Positions 46,569 through 54,512 of a stretch of DNA of 64,000 nucleotides are shown piece after piece (position 1 is the first letter of the stretch; each line of letters opens with the position of its first letter). The stretch spans positions 567-64,566 of the forward strand of contig VFZH01000004.1 in assembly GCA_016871255.1 (NCBI GenBank), read 5' to 3'. The notes under the pieces are model-generated. The model had not been told where the DNA came from. It ran no database searches and saw only the letters and a program-made list of their open reading frames with translations. The position numbers and the translations under genes were made by a program. Source of the DNA: Acidimicrobiia bacterium (GTDB lineage: Bacteria > Acidobacteriota > Vicinamibacteria > Vicinamibacterales > UBA2999).

Positions 46569-48270
46569 CTTCCCCGCCCAGCCCTTCGATCCAGAACAGG
46601 CCGCTCGAACCGGAGGCGGTGTTGACGGTGTCCACGACGAACAGCAGGTCGCGCACCAGGTCGAGGGGCGGCAGCTGCTCGCTCGTGTCCTTGAAGGGCC
46701 GCAGGTCGTCCAGGTCGATCGACACGTCGCGGGTGACGTCGGCCACGTAGACCGATCGCTGCCAGCGCTCCCCCGTCTCGCTCGCGGGCACGCGGAGCTG
46801 CACCGACACGCGCATGGGGCGATCGGCGCCAATGCGGAACCGCAGGCGGGCGAACCCGGCCAGTCCGTCCGGCAGCGGAACGGCGGCCGCAGCGTAGGGG
46901 TGGCTGCTCTCCGCGCCTGAGATCGCGTACCGGATCTGCGCCTGCACGCCTCCCGACAGCCCCCGCCCTTCGTCCAGCGCCGCGTCCGAGCCCTCGCTGT
47001 GCTCGATCGCCCATTCCGCGATATCCGCCCCGAGGGGCGTGACGGCGCCGCTCTGTTCGGCGCTCGCCCTCGGCTCTGCCTGGCCGGATGGGTCCTCCCG
47101 GCCGACGTAGATCGGGTTCGACAACATCCACGGCACCGGCGGCTGCCCGGGCGCCCCAGGCAGCTCCACCTCGACCCGATAGACCGCCGGCACGGCCTCG
47201 ACAACACGGTCCAGCCAGGTGCCGGCAACCGGTTCGAGGCGCCGGCCATCCTGCACCAGAACGATGCGGGCCGTCGAAGGCGCGTGGATGCGTACCTGCA
47301 GCCGCACGGGTCCGTCGATCGGCAGCGCATCGCCGGCTGCGGCGGTGAGGTTGCCGCTCGACGCCTCGAACCGCAGGGCCCCCGGCGTGGCCGCGGCGTC
47401 GATGACCGAGTACACGCGGCCGGCCGTGAGCGCGCCGAGGACGGCGGCGCTGTCGGCGGCGGCGTCGCCGGACAGCACCGTCCCCTGCAGTCCGATCGAG
47501 AACGCGCGGAAGACCGCCTCGTAGCCGGGGACGCGCAGCGCGAGCGCATCGGTGCGCGACGCCTGTGCCCCCTCCCCCACCAGCCGCAGGCGGGCGTGCG
47601 CGTCGCTTCCTGCCACCGCCACGATCCGGCGGGCTGCGGTCAGCGCGTCCCACCGCGCCAGCGTGGCATCCGGCCGGTCGAGCACACGCCCCAGGGACTC
47701 CGGTGATCGGAGCAGGTACGTCAACGCCAGGCGGGCGATCTGGCTGCGGGGCTCGTCCCGCCATTCGCTGTCCCCGTTCAGCCACTCGAGCGCGTCGATC
47801 GGCTGGTCCCACGCGCTCCATCGGAGCGAGCGTCTCGCCGAATCCGGATGGGCGGCCACGGCGAATCCACCGAGGCGGTGCACGTCCTCGACGACGTCGC
47901 GCCCGTCGCCACCGAGCCGGTACGGCGCCTCACCGAGGCCGAGCGCGACCAGGTGGCCCTGGTTGGTGCTGATCTCGACGGCGTCGATGACCAGCGCGCC
48001 GGACCGGTAGGCCGGCGGCTCGGGCGGTCGCGTGCCGTCGCCATGGTCGGTGACCACGACGAACTGGAGTCCGGCCCGCGCGGCGGCTTCCGCCACGTCG
48101 TCGATGGAGCCACCGCCGTCGGAACGGTCCGTGTGCACGTGAAACACGCCGTGCACGGGGCTCCCGAGCGGCGGCGGCACCGAGCCGAGCTGCCGCGCCG
48201 GCGGCGGCAGGAGCGACCAGACACCGGTGAGGCCGGCCAGCAGTGCGATCCCGAGGAGGCGCCGGGTCAT
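46552..48270 (-). CDS. PHP-domain metallohydrolase (CehA/McbA-like) with a large uncharacterised C-terminal region
   Basis: Signal-like N-terminus; PHP motifs HVHTDRSDGGGS and VVVTDHGD. The remaining roughly 400 aa have no motif I recognise. Confidence 0.75.
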   Translation of the reverse strand: MTRRLLGIALLAGLTGVWSLLPPPARQLGSVPPPLGSPVHGVFHVHTDRSDGGGSIDDVAEAAARAGLQFVVVTDHGDGTRPPEPPAYRSGALVIDAVEISTNQGHLVALGLGEAPYRLGGDGRDVVEDVHRLGGFAVAAHPDSARRSLRWSAWDQPIDALEWLNGDSEWRDEPRSQIARLALTYLLRSPESLGRVLDRPDATLARWDALTAARRIVAVAGSDAHARLRLVGEGAQASRTDALALRVPGYEAVFRAFSIGLQGTVLSGDAAADSAAVLGALTAGRVYSVIDAAATPGALRFEASSGNLTAAAGDALPIDGPVRLQVRIHAPSTARIVLVQDGRRLEPVAGTWLDRVVEAVPAVYRVEVELPGAPGQPPVPWMLSNPIYVGREDPSGQAEPRASAEQSGAVTPLGADIAEWAIEHSEGSDAALDEGRGLSGGVQAQIRYAISGAESSHPYAAAAVPLPDGLAGFARLRFRIGADRPMRVSVQLRVPASETGERWQRSVYVADVTRDVSIDLDDLRPFKDTSEQLPPLDLVRDLLFVVDTVNTASGSSGLFWIEGLGGEVRSGP

Positions 48271-48274
48271 GTGG

Positions 48275-49198
48275 TCATGATCTCGGATGAAAGCGATCGT
48301 AGACGGCCCGCAGGCGATGTTCGAGCACGTGCGTGTAGATCTGCGTGGTGGAGAGGTTGGCGTGGCCGAGCATCATCTGGATAGCCCGCAGATCCGCGCC
48401 CCGCTCCAGCAGGTGCGTGGCGAACGAGTGGCGGAGCACGTGTGGACTGAGGGGAGACGAGATGCCCGCGCCCCGTCCGTACGCTTTCAGGATCTTCCAG
48501 AATCCCACGCGCGTGAGACCTGCGCCGCCCCGGGCATTGACGAAGAGCCGGGGACTCGTCCGCCGCACCAGCAGCGCCGGCCGGCCGTCGCGCGCGTAGC
48601 GCTCGACCCACCGGCCTGCTTCATCACCGATCGGCACGATGCGCTGTTTCGACCCCTTTCCCGTGCACGTGAGGAACGACGACTCGAGGTTGACGTCCGC
48701 CGGGCGCAGCGACACCAGCTCTGACACGCGCATCCCTGTGGCGTACAGGAGCTCGATCAGCGCGCGGTCGCGCAGGCCGCGCGGCGTGGACACGTCCGGC
48801 TGCTCGATGATCCGATCCACTTCCTCCACGGAGAGGAAGCGCGGCAGCGTCTGCCACGCGCGCGGCGGCCGGAGGTCGTCGGCCGGACTGGCCGCGATCC
48901 GTCCCTCGCGCAGCAGGAAGCGATAGAAGCCGCGGAAGCAGGCCACCGCCCTCGCCACCGATCGCGGCGAGCGCCCCGCGGCCATCAGATCGCGAACCAG
49001 GGACTCGAGGTCAGGCCGGGCCAGTTCCACGAGCGGTGTCGTACGCCCCGCGGCGAAGCGCGCCAGCAGCGTCATGTCCCGCCCGTAGCTCTCGACCGAG
49101 CTGACGGCGAGCCGCCGCTCGACCGTCAGATGTGTCAGGTAGGCGTCCACGTCGTGCCACGGCGTTCCGTCTCGTCGGGACTCTCCAGTAGGAGCCAC
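48275..49198 (-). CDS. xerD: Site-specific tyrosine recombinase XerD
   Basis: 307 aa with catalytic motifs ATGMRVSEL, SPHVLRHSFATHLLERGADLRAIQMMLGHANLSTTQIYTH, and a C-terminus ending HPRS, as in XerD. Confidence 0.92.
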   Translation of the reverse strand: MAPTGESRRDGTPWHDVDAYLTHLTVERRLAVSSVESYGRDMTLLARFAAGRTTPLVELARPDLESLVRDLMAAGRSPRSVARAVACFRGFYRFLLREGRIAASPADDLRPPRAWQTLPRFLSVEEVDRIIEQPDVSTPRGLRDRALIELLYATGMRVSELVSLRPADVNLESSFLTCTGKGSKQRIVPIGDEAGRWVERYARDGRPALLVRRTSPRLFVNARGGAGLTRVGFWKILKAYGRGAGISSPLSPHVLRHSFATHLLERGADLRAIQMMLGHANLSTTQIYTHVLEHRLRAVYDRFHPRS

Positions 49199-49236
49199 GG
49201 TCGGAAAGATTGTAGGCTATCCCTCAGAGAGCCCGA

Positions 49237-50187
49237 ATGCCGCGCCGCCGCTCCAGGTTCGAATCGCTCCCCACCGAAGCCATCAATCCCGCGACGCTGG
49301 CGATCGACAAGCTGTCCGCCGACGAGATCGTGGACCTGATGATCGCGGAAGACCGCCGCATGCTCGCCGCGGTGCAGAAGGAACGAGCGCGCATCGCGAG
49401 CGGCGTGGACCTGGTGGTGACTGCGCTGCGCAAGGGTGGACGGATCCTCTTCGTCGGCGCCGGCACGAGCGGGCGGCTGGGCATCCTCGAGTCGGCGGAG
49501 ATGCCGCCGACGTTCAGCACCGACCCCAGCCTGGTGCAGGCCATCCTGGCCGGCGGGCGCGAAGCGATGCTCGGCACCAAGGAAGGGATCGAGGATCACT
49601 TCGAGGACGGCGCGCGCGCGATGGCCCGCCTCGCGCCGACGCGGAAGGACATCATCATCGGCGTCTCGGCGAGCGGGATGACCCAATACGTCCGTGGCGC
49701 CATGACCGCGTCCCGCAAGGCCGGAGCCCGCATCATCTTCGTCACCTGCGATCCTGCGGCCGAGATGGAGACGTTCGTGGACCTGATGATCGCGCCGGCA
49801 GTCGGGCCGGAAGTCATCGCCGGCTCCACCCGGCTCAAGGCGGGCACCGCCACCAAGCTCGTGCTGAACATGCTGACCACGGCGGCCATGGTGCGCACAG
49901 GCAAGACCTACGGGAACCTGATGGTGGACGTGCAGCCGACCTCCGAGAAGCTGCAGGAGCGCGCCCGCCGGATCGTCAGCATCGCCACCGCCCTGTCGCA
50001 CGACGAGGCCGACAGGCTGCTGCGGAAGGCGCACTGGAACGTCAAGGCCGCCATCGTGATGCACAAGGCCGCGCTTTCCTACACCAAGGCGCTGGCGCGC
50101 CTCCGCAGGGCACACGGCTCGATGCGGGAAGCCGTCGGCGAAGACATCGAGGGACGCCTCCGCGAGGTCCTCGACGATCACCACTGA
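49237..50187 (+). CDS. murQ: N-acetylmuramic acid 6-phosphate etherase
   Basis: SIS domain with FVGAGTSGRLG and ISASG-like VSASGMT. 316 aa. Confidence 0.93.
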   Translation: MPRRRSRFESLPTEAINPATLAIDKLSADEIVDLMIAEDRRMLAAVQKERARIASGVDLVVTALRKGGRILFVGAGTSGRLGILESAEMPPTFSTDPSLVQAILAGGREAMLGTKEGIEDHFEDGARAMARLAPTRKDIIIGVSASGMTQYVRGAMTASRKAGARIIFVTCDPAAEMETFVDLMIAPAVGPEVIAGSTRLKAGTATKLVLNMLTTAAMVRTGKTYGNLMVDVQPTSEKLQERARRIVSIATALSHDEADRLLRKAHWNVKAAIVMHKAALSYTKALARLRRAHGSMREAVGEDIEGRLREVLDDHH

Positions 50188-50206
50188 ACCCCTGGCGCCC
50201 CGGCCG

Positions 50207-51259
50207 ATGTCGTTCGACGCCCCGCGGCGGGTGATAGCGGAGGCCGTGGCCGCCCGCGCCTGTCCCGCCGCGGTCGTGGACGTGGGCGACGCCACCCGCC
50301 CGCTCTGGCGCGAGGCGTTCGGGAGGCTGACGTTCGAGGTCGATGCGCCCGCCGCGACGCCAGACACGATCTTCGATCTCGCCTCCCTGACCAAGGTGCT
50401 CGCCACCACGCCCATCGTGATGCAGATGGCCGAGCGCGGCACGCTCTCGCTCGACGATCGCGTCGACGGCCTCGTGCCCGGCTGGCGTGGCACCGATCGC
50501 GCGGAGGTGACGATTGAAGACCTGCTGGCACACTGCTCGGGGCTGCCTGCGTGGCGTCCCTTCTACGAATCGTGCGTGGGGCGGGAAGCGTTCGAACAGG
50601 CGATCGTCGACCTGCCGCTCGAATACGCGCCGCGCAGCCGCTCCGAGTACAGCGATCCCGGCTTCATGCTCCTCGCGTTCATCGTCGAAGACGCCGGTGG
50701 CATCAGGCTCGACGACCGCTTCCAGACCCTGCTCGCGCAGATGGGCGTGGTGGACCGGATGCAGTTCACGCCCCCCTCGCGCTGGCGGCCCGACGTCGCA
50801 CCCACGGAATACGATCCCTGGCGCGGGCGGCTGCTGGTCGGCGAAGTCCACGACGAGAACGCGGCGGCCCTCGGCGGAGTGGCCGGGCATGCGGGGCTGT
50901 TCGGGACGGCGGGCGCCGTGGCCGCCTGCGCCCGCCATCTGCTCCAGATCGCGGGCGGCCGGACGGGCGCCTTCCAACCCTCCACGCTGGCCCACTTCAC
51001 CAGCCGGCGCACCGGCGTCCCCGGCAGCTCCCGGGCCCTCGGCTGGGACACCATGCTGCCGACGTCGTCGTGCGGGACCCGCATGTCGCCGCGCGCGTTC
51101 GGACATACCGGGTTCACCGGCACGTCGCTCTGGATCGATCCCGACCGCGGGATCTACGCCGTGCTCCTGACCAACCGGGTCCATCCCACCCGCGCGAACG
51201 ACCTGATCCGGGCCGTGCGGCCGGCGTTTCACGACGCGGTGATGGACGCCCTCACGTGA
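50207..51259 (+). CDS. Serine hydrolase (beta-lactamase/transpeptidase-like family)
   Basis: S-x-x-K motif in LASLTKVLATTP and a C-terminal HTGFTGTS motif. It directly follows murQ, so a peptidoglycan-recycling context is plausible. Confidence 0.85.
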   Translation: MSFDAPRRVIAEAVAARACPAAVVDVGDATRPLWREAFGRLTFEVDAPAATPDTIFDLASLTKVLATTPIVMQMAERGTLSLDDRVDGLVPGWRGTDRAEVTIEDLLAHCSGLPAWRPFYESCVGREAFEQAIVDLPLEYAPRSRSEYSDPGFMLLAFIVEDAGGIRLDDRFQTLLAQMGVVDRMQFTPPSRWRPDVAPTEYDPWRGRLLVGEVHDENAAALGGVAGHAGLFGTAGAVAACARHLLQIAGGRTGAFQPSTLAHFTSRRTGVPGSSRALGWDTMLPTSSCGTRMSPRAFGHTGFTGTSLWIDPDRGIYAVLLTNRVHPTRANDLIRAVRPAFHDAVMDALT

Positions 51260-51274
51260 CAACTGACCCGGGAG

Positions 51275-51337
51275 AGAACCAACCGGGTTGGATGTTCGTG
51301 AGATCGTGACTCGAAAACCAACCCGGTTGGTTGTTCG
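51275..51337. promoter_or_regulatory. Two 24-bp direct repeats, each centred on a 13-bp palindrome, upstream of the Phd-like gene
   Basis: AGAACCAACCGGGTTGGATGTTCG (51275-51298) and AAAACCAACCCGGTTGGTTGTTCG (51314-51337). The cores CCAACC-G-GGTTGG and CCAACC-C-GGTTGG are 39 bp apart. Confidence 0.4.
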
Positions 51338-51388
51338 GCCAGTGCTGAATACTCGTTACACGTGACATACGTAACACGAGGATGAGCT

Positions 51389-52054
51389 ATGGGCGAACGG
51401 ACGCGACCAGGTCGGGTGAAGGCCACGGAGGCTGCCAAGCATTTCGGGGCACTGGTCGACCGTGTCCGGCAGGAGCGGACCACGTACGTCGTCGAGCGGG
51501 GCGGCCAGGCGGTGGCCGAGCTCCGGCCGGTGAGCCAGAGGCAGTGCTCAGTAGCCGAACTCATCCGGCTGCTGGACGAGGTGGGACCGTTCGATCGAGG
51601 GTTCGCGGATGCCCAACGCAGACCCTGCGCCTCCGAGCCCCCCGGACCGCACACCTCCGAACCCAACTCAGACGCTGCGCCTCCGCAGACGCGCGCCCCG
51701 GTCAGACCAGGGTGCGCGTCTTCACGTCCCAAGGTGCGGGGCCTCGCATGGAGCGGTGCCAGGCAACTTGGGTTCACAACCGCGAACGGTTACGATGGGA
51801 GCCGAGAACATGGCTGCCCGGTGGGGATGGTGCGCGTGCCTGGTGGTGGCAGCGGTGTCTCTGGCGGGCTGCGACCGGATCCCGCTGCTCGCCCCCAGCC
51901 AGTCGACGATCTCGCTCAGCGCTCCTCTTCGCATCCTTCCCCTCAACGGCTCCACGGAGCTGACGGCCGTCGTCATCGAACAAGGCGGCACGCCGGTCCA
52001 CAACGGCACCGCCGTGCGGTTCACGACGACGCTCGGCAGGGTGGAGCCGGCTGA
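51389..52054 (+). CDS. Phd/YefM-like antitoxin domain protein; only the first ~75 codons look genuine and the 3' end is doubtful
   Basis: The N-terminus VKATEAAKHFGALVDRVRQERTTYVVERGGQAVAELRPV fits the Phd/YefM fold pattern and has a GAGGA Shine-Dalgarno. The remaining ~145 codons are low-complexity and overlap the next gene out of frame. Confidence 0.5.
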   Translation: MGERTRPGRVKATEAAKHFGALVDRVRQERTTYVVERGGQAVAELRPVSQRQCSVAELIRLLDEVGPFDRGFADAQRRPCASEPPGPHTSEPNSDAAPPQTRAPVRPGCASSRPKVRGLAWSGARQLGFTTANGYDGSREHGCPVGMVRVPGGGSGVSGGLRPDPAARPQPVDDLAQRSSSHPSPQRLHGADGRRHRTRRHAGPQRHRRAVHDDARQGGAG

Positions 52055-53381
52055 GGTCCAGACGCGGAACGGCGTGGCAACCACGACGTACTACGCCGGC
52101 GAGTCCTCGGGAATTGCGGAAGTCCGGGCGATCTCCGGAGCCGCGGGCGGCGGCACAGACACCGCCTCGCCCTCCAACGTCATCTCGATCACGATCGGCG
52201 CAGCGGCGGTTGAAACGGTCACCGTCCGCGCCAATCCGGCGAGCGTCAGCGCTGCCGGCGGCACGGTGGACATCATCGCCGGCGCCCTCGGGGCGAACGG
52301 CCGTTCGCTGCCCGGGGTGCCGGTGACCTTCAACGCGGACAACGGCACGCTGAGCGCCTCGTCGGCCCTGACCGACGCGAACGGCGAAGCGACCGTGCGC
52401 CTCACGACCAACGTGACCACGATCGTGACCGCGGCCGCCGGTGGCAAGACGCCGGCCACCGTCACGGTCTCCGTGCGATCCGCCCCCGCCGTGACACTGA
52501 CCTGCCGTACGGGTGATGGGACTGCGGGCAACAGCTGCACGGCCGTCACGGGCACCAGCATCATCTTTGCCGCGGCCCGCGCAGAGGGCTCCGCGCCCCT
52601 CACCGGCGCCACGCTGGAGTTCGGTGACGGCACCGCGACGGCGCTCGGCACGCTCTCGAGCGGGTCGACCGTCGCGCACACCTACGACACTCCCCGGAAC
52701 TACACGGCCACGCTCCGCGCCACCGACGTCAACGGCACGACGACGACCGCGACGGTCGCCGTGAACATCACCGGCGGCCAGCTCGCCGTCGAACTGAGCT
52801 GCGCGGGTGCGACTACGGCCATCGGGGTCTGCAGCCAGATCGCCGGACAGCCGGTATCCTTCACCGCACAACGCGCCGCGACCAACACCGCGACGCTCTC
52901 CGGGGCATCGCTGGCGTTCGGCGACGGGAGGTCGGCCACGCTCGGGACCCTGTCCGGCCCGGCGTCAACGCTCCACACGTACGGCGCGGCCGGCACGTAC
53001 GTGGCCACGCTCACGGCGACGTCGGCCACGGGCGCCACGACCACCGCCAACGTCGTCGTGACCGTCACGGCGCCAACTCCGCTCACCGTCACCCTGGCGG
53101 CAGCGGTGGGGACGGCGACGACCACGGGACAGCCGGTGAGCTTCACCGCAACCGCGACGGCTCCCGCGTCGTCTCCCGTGGAGTCGTTCACCTGGGACTT
53201 CGGCGATGGTGTCACGACCACGACAGCTGGCAACACCACGACGCACGTATACGGGCCGGGCAGCACTCCTCCGCCCAACGCCGTCACGTCGACCACCTAC
53301 ACCGCAACGGTGACCGTGCGGACCACCGACGGTCGGACGGCTACCACCAGAACGGAGTTCCAGGTCCGCCTCGCGCCGTAG
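51810..53381 (+). CDS. Surface lipoprotein with bacterial Ig-like (Big_1-type) and PKD-like repeats
   Basis: Canonical lipobox SLAGC. Two invasin-like Ig repeats (GIAEVRA..., NGEATVRLT...). Three PKD-like repeats with F/WxFGDG and H.Y...G.Y..TLT patterns (LEFGDGTA...HTYDTPRNYTATLRATD; LAFGDGRS...HTYGAAGTYVATLTAT; WDFGDGVT...HVYG). Confidence 0.8.
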   Translation: MAARWGWCACLVVAAVSLAGCDRIPLLAPSQSTISLSAPLRILPLNGSTELTAVVIEQGGTPVHNGTAVRFTTTLGRVEPAEVQTRNGVATTTYYAGESSGIAEVRAISGAAGGGTDTASPSNVISITIGAAAVETVTVRANPASVSAAGGTVDIIAGALGANGRSLPGVPVTFNADNGTLSASSALTDANGEATVRLTTNVTTIVTAAAGGKTPATVTVSVRSAPAVTLTCRTGDGTAGNSCTAVTGTSIIFAAARAEGSAPLTGATLEFGDGTATALGTLSSGSTVAHTYDTPRNYTATLRATDVNGTTTTATVAVNITGGQLAVELSCAGATTAIGVCSQIAGQPVSFTAQRAATNTATLSGASLAFGDGRSATLGTLSGPASTLHTYGAAGTYVATLTATSATGATTTANVVVTVTAPTPLTVTLAAAVGTATTTGQPVSFTATATAPASSPVESFTWDFGDGVTTTTAGNTTTHVYGPGSTPPPNAVTSTTYTATVTVRTTDGRTATTRTEFQVRLAP

Positions 53382-53444
53382 ACGCAGCGCCCATCGAACC
53401 CGTCACGCCCGTCGAGCGAGCGTGTGAAACGTGATCCTCTTGTT

Positions 53445-53500
53445 GAGATTCGGTGTCTGGGATTCGGCTTGGGATTCGGGTTTCGGGCTTCGGGCTTCGG
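53445..53500. repeat. TTCGG-periodic tandem repeat in the convergent intergenic region
   Basis: GAGATTCGG TGTCTGGGATTCGG CTTGGGATTCGG GTTTCGG GCTTCGG GCTTCGG. There are six TTCGG cores with spacings of 14, 12, 7, 7 and 7 nt. TGAAACG is present on both flanks (53425 and 53504). Confidence 0.7.
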
Positions 53501-53528
53501 GACTTGAAACGGTCCCCGAGGCCGCCGC

Positions 53529-53960
53529 TCACCAGTCGCGGTAATTCGATCCGTCCAGCGCCGCCCCCTCCGCCCCGCTCTTCACGTCGTACACACCCGG
53601 CACGTCCGCGGGGTTCGTGGGATCGAACTCCGACATCTCGGTCACCCACGTGTCGGCGCTCTGCGTGATCGGATCGGCGGGCACGGCCCGGAGGTAGCTC
53701 TCCGTCACGAGCTCTTCGAGCGACGACGGGTACTGGTTCTTGTCGGCGTGATACTGGTCGATGGCGTCGCGCATCCGGTACAGGTTCTCCTTCAGCACAG
53801 CCTCCTTCGAGCGGGTCACGCTGTTCGAGTACGTCACCAGGCCGACGCTCGCCAAGATCACGATCAGCGACATCACGACCAGCAGCTCGATGAGCGTGAA
53901 ACCGGACCGCGCACCCAGCACGCGTCGCAACCCCGGCCCGGCCCACGCGTTCGGCATCAC
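53529..53960 (-). CDS. GspG-like pseudopilin / type IV pilin-like protein
   Basis: Prepilin motif G|FTLIELLVVMSLIVILA with Glu at +5. The GspG-like body reads KEAVLKENLYRMRDAIDQYHADKNQYP. C-terminus is ...LDGSNYRDW. Confidence 0.85.
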   Translation of the reverse strand: MMPNAWAGPGLRRVLGARSGFTLIELLVVMSLIVILASVGLVTYSNSVTRSKEAVLKENLYRMRDAIDQYHADKNQYPSSLEELVTESYLRAVPADPITQSADTWVTEMSEFDPTNPADVPGVYDVKSGAEGAALDGSNYRDW

Positions 53961-53963
53961 GTC

Positions 53964-54497
53964 CTACCAGTCCCGGTACTTCGTCCCGTCGAGTCCCGTG
54001 CCCTCGCTCTGCGTGTACACGTCGAACACGCTGTTGCCACCCCAGCTCCGGCTGTCCGGGTCGTCGGAGTAGGCGCGGAGCCCCCAGTCCGCCCCGCCGG
54101 TCATGGGATCGATCGGAATCCGCCTCAGGAACTTCAGCGTGCGTCCGGACGCGTCGCCAACGGCGGGAACGCCTTCGACGAGCGTTTCCAGGTCCGGCGG
54201 GTACCCCTCGCTGCCGGTTTCCACCTCGGTGGTCGCGATCCGGCCCTGGTCCACGGCGTCCTTGAACTCGTCGATCGCCGTGCGGATCTCGCGCAGGTTC
54301 CGGCGCAGCTCGGCCTCACGCTGCCGCTGCATCGTGACGCGCGTGAGCGGCAGGACGGCCGACGCGAGGATGAGCAGGATCGCCGAGACAACGACGAGCT
54401 CGATGAACGTGAACCCGCGCTCAGCAGCGCCACCATGCCCGGCCAGGAGCCGGCACCGAACCCGCTGGACGGCACGGCGAATCGGACGCGGGCGCAT
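53964..54497 (-). CDS. GspG-like pseudopilin / type IV pilin-like protein (paralogue)
   Basis: Prepilin motif G|FTFIELVVVSAILLILA, then REAELRRNLREIRTAIDEF. C-terminus is ...LDGTKYRDW, shared with the neighbouring paralogue. Confidence 0.85.
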   Translation of the reverse strand: MRPRPIRRAVQRVRCRLLAGHGGAAERGFTFIELVVVSAILLILASAVLPLTRVTMQRQREAELRRNLREIRTAIDEFKDAVDQGRIATTEVETGSEGYPPDLETLVEGVPAVGDASGRTLKFLRRIPIDPMTGGADWGLRAYSDDPDSRSWGGNSVFDVYTQSEGTGLDGTKYRDW

Positions 54498-54512
54498 CGC
54501 TGGGCGACCCGC

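Noticed and set aside
48131-48147. parS-like sequence GTGTGCACGTGAAACAC inside the PHP hydrolase gene.
   Set aside because: Only the right half (CACGTGAAACA) matches the parS consensus TGTTTCACGTGAAACA. The left arm is one base short and not palindromic, and the sequence lies in coding DNA. A similar weak match at 51353-51368 (CGTTACACGTGACATA, about 12/16) was also not called.
53445-53500. The TTCGG tract as a CsrA/RsmA-sponge sRNA or as an array of UUCG tetraloop hairpins.
   Set aside because: Only about three GGA-containing units are present, far fewer than in CsrB/RsmZ-type RNAs. The C(UUCG)G units are flanked by G-G mismatches, so no stable stems form. It is kept only as an unexplained repeat.
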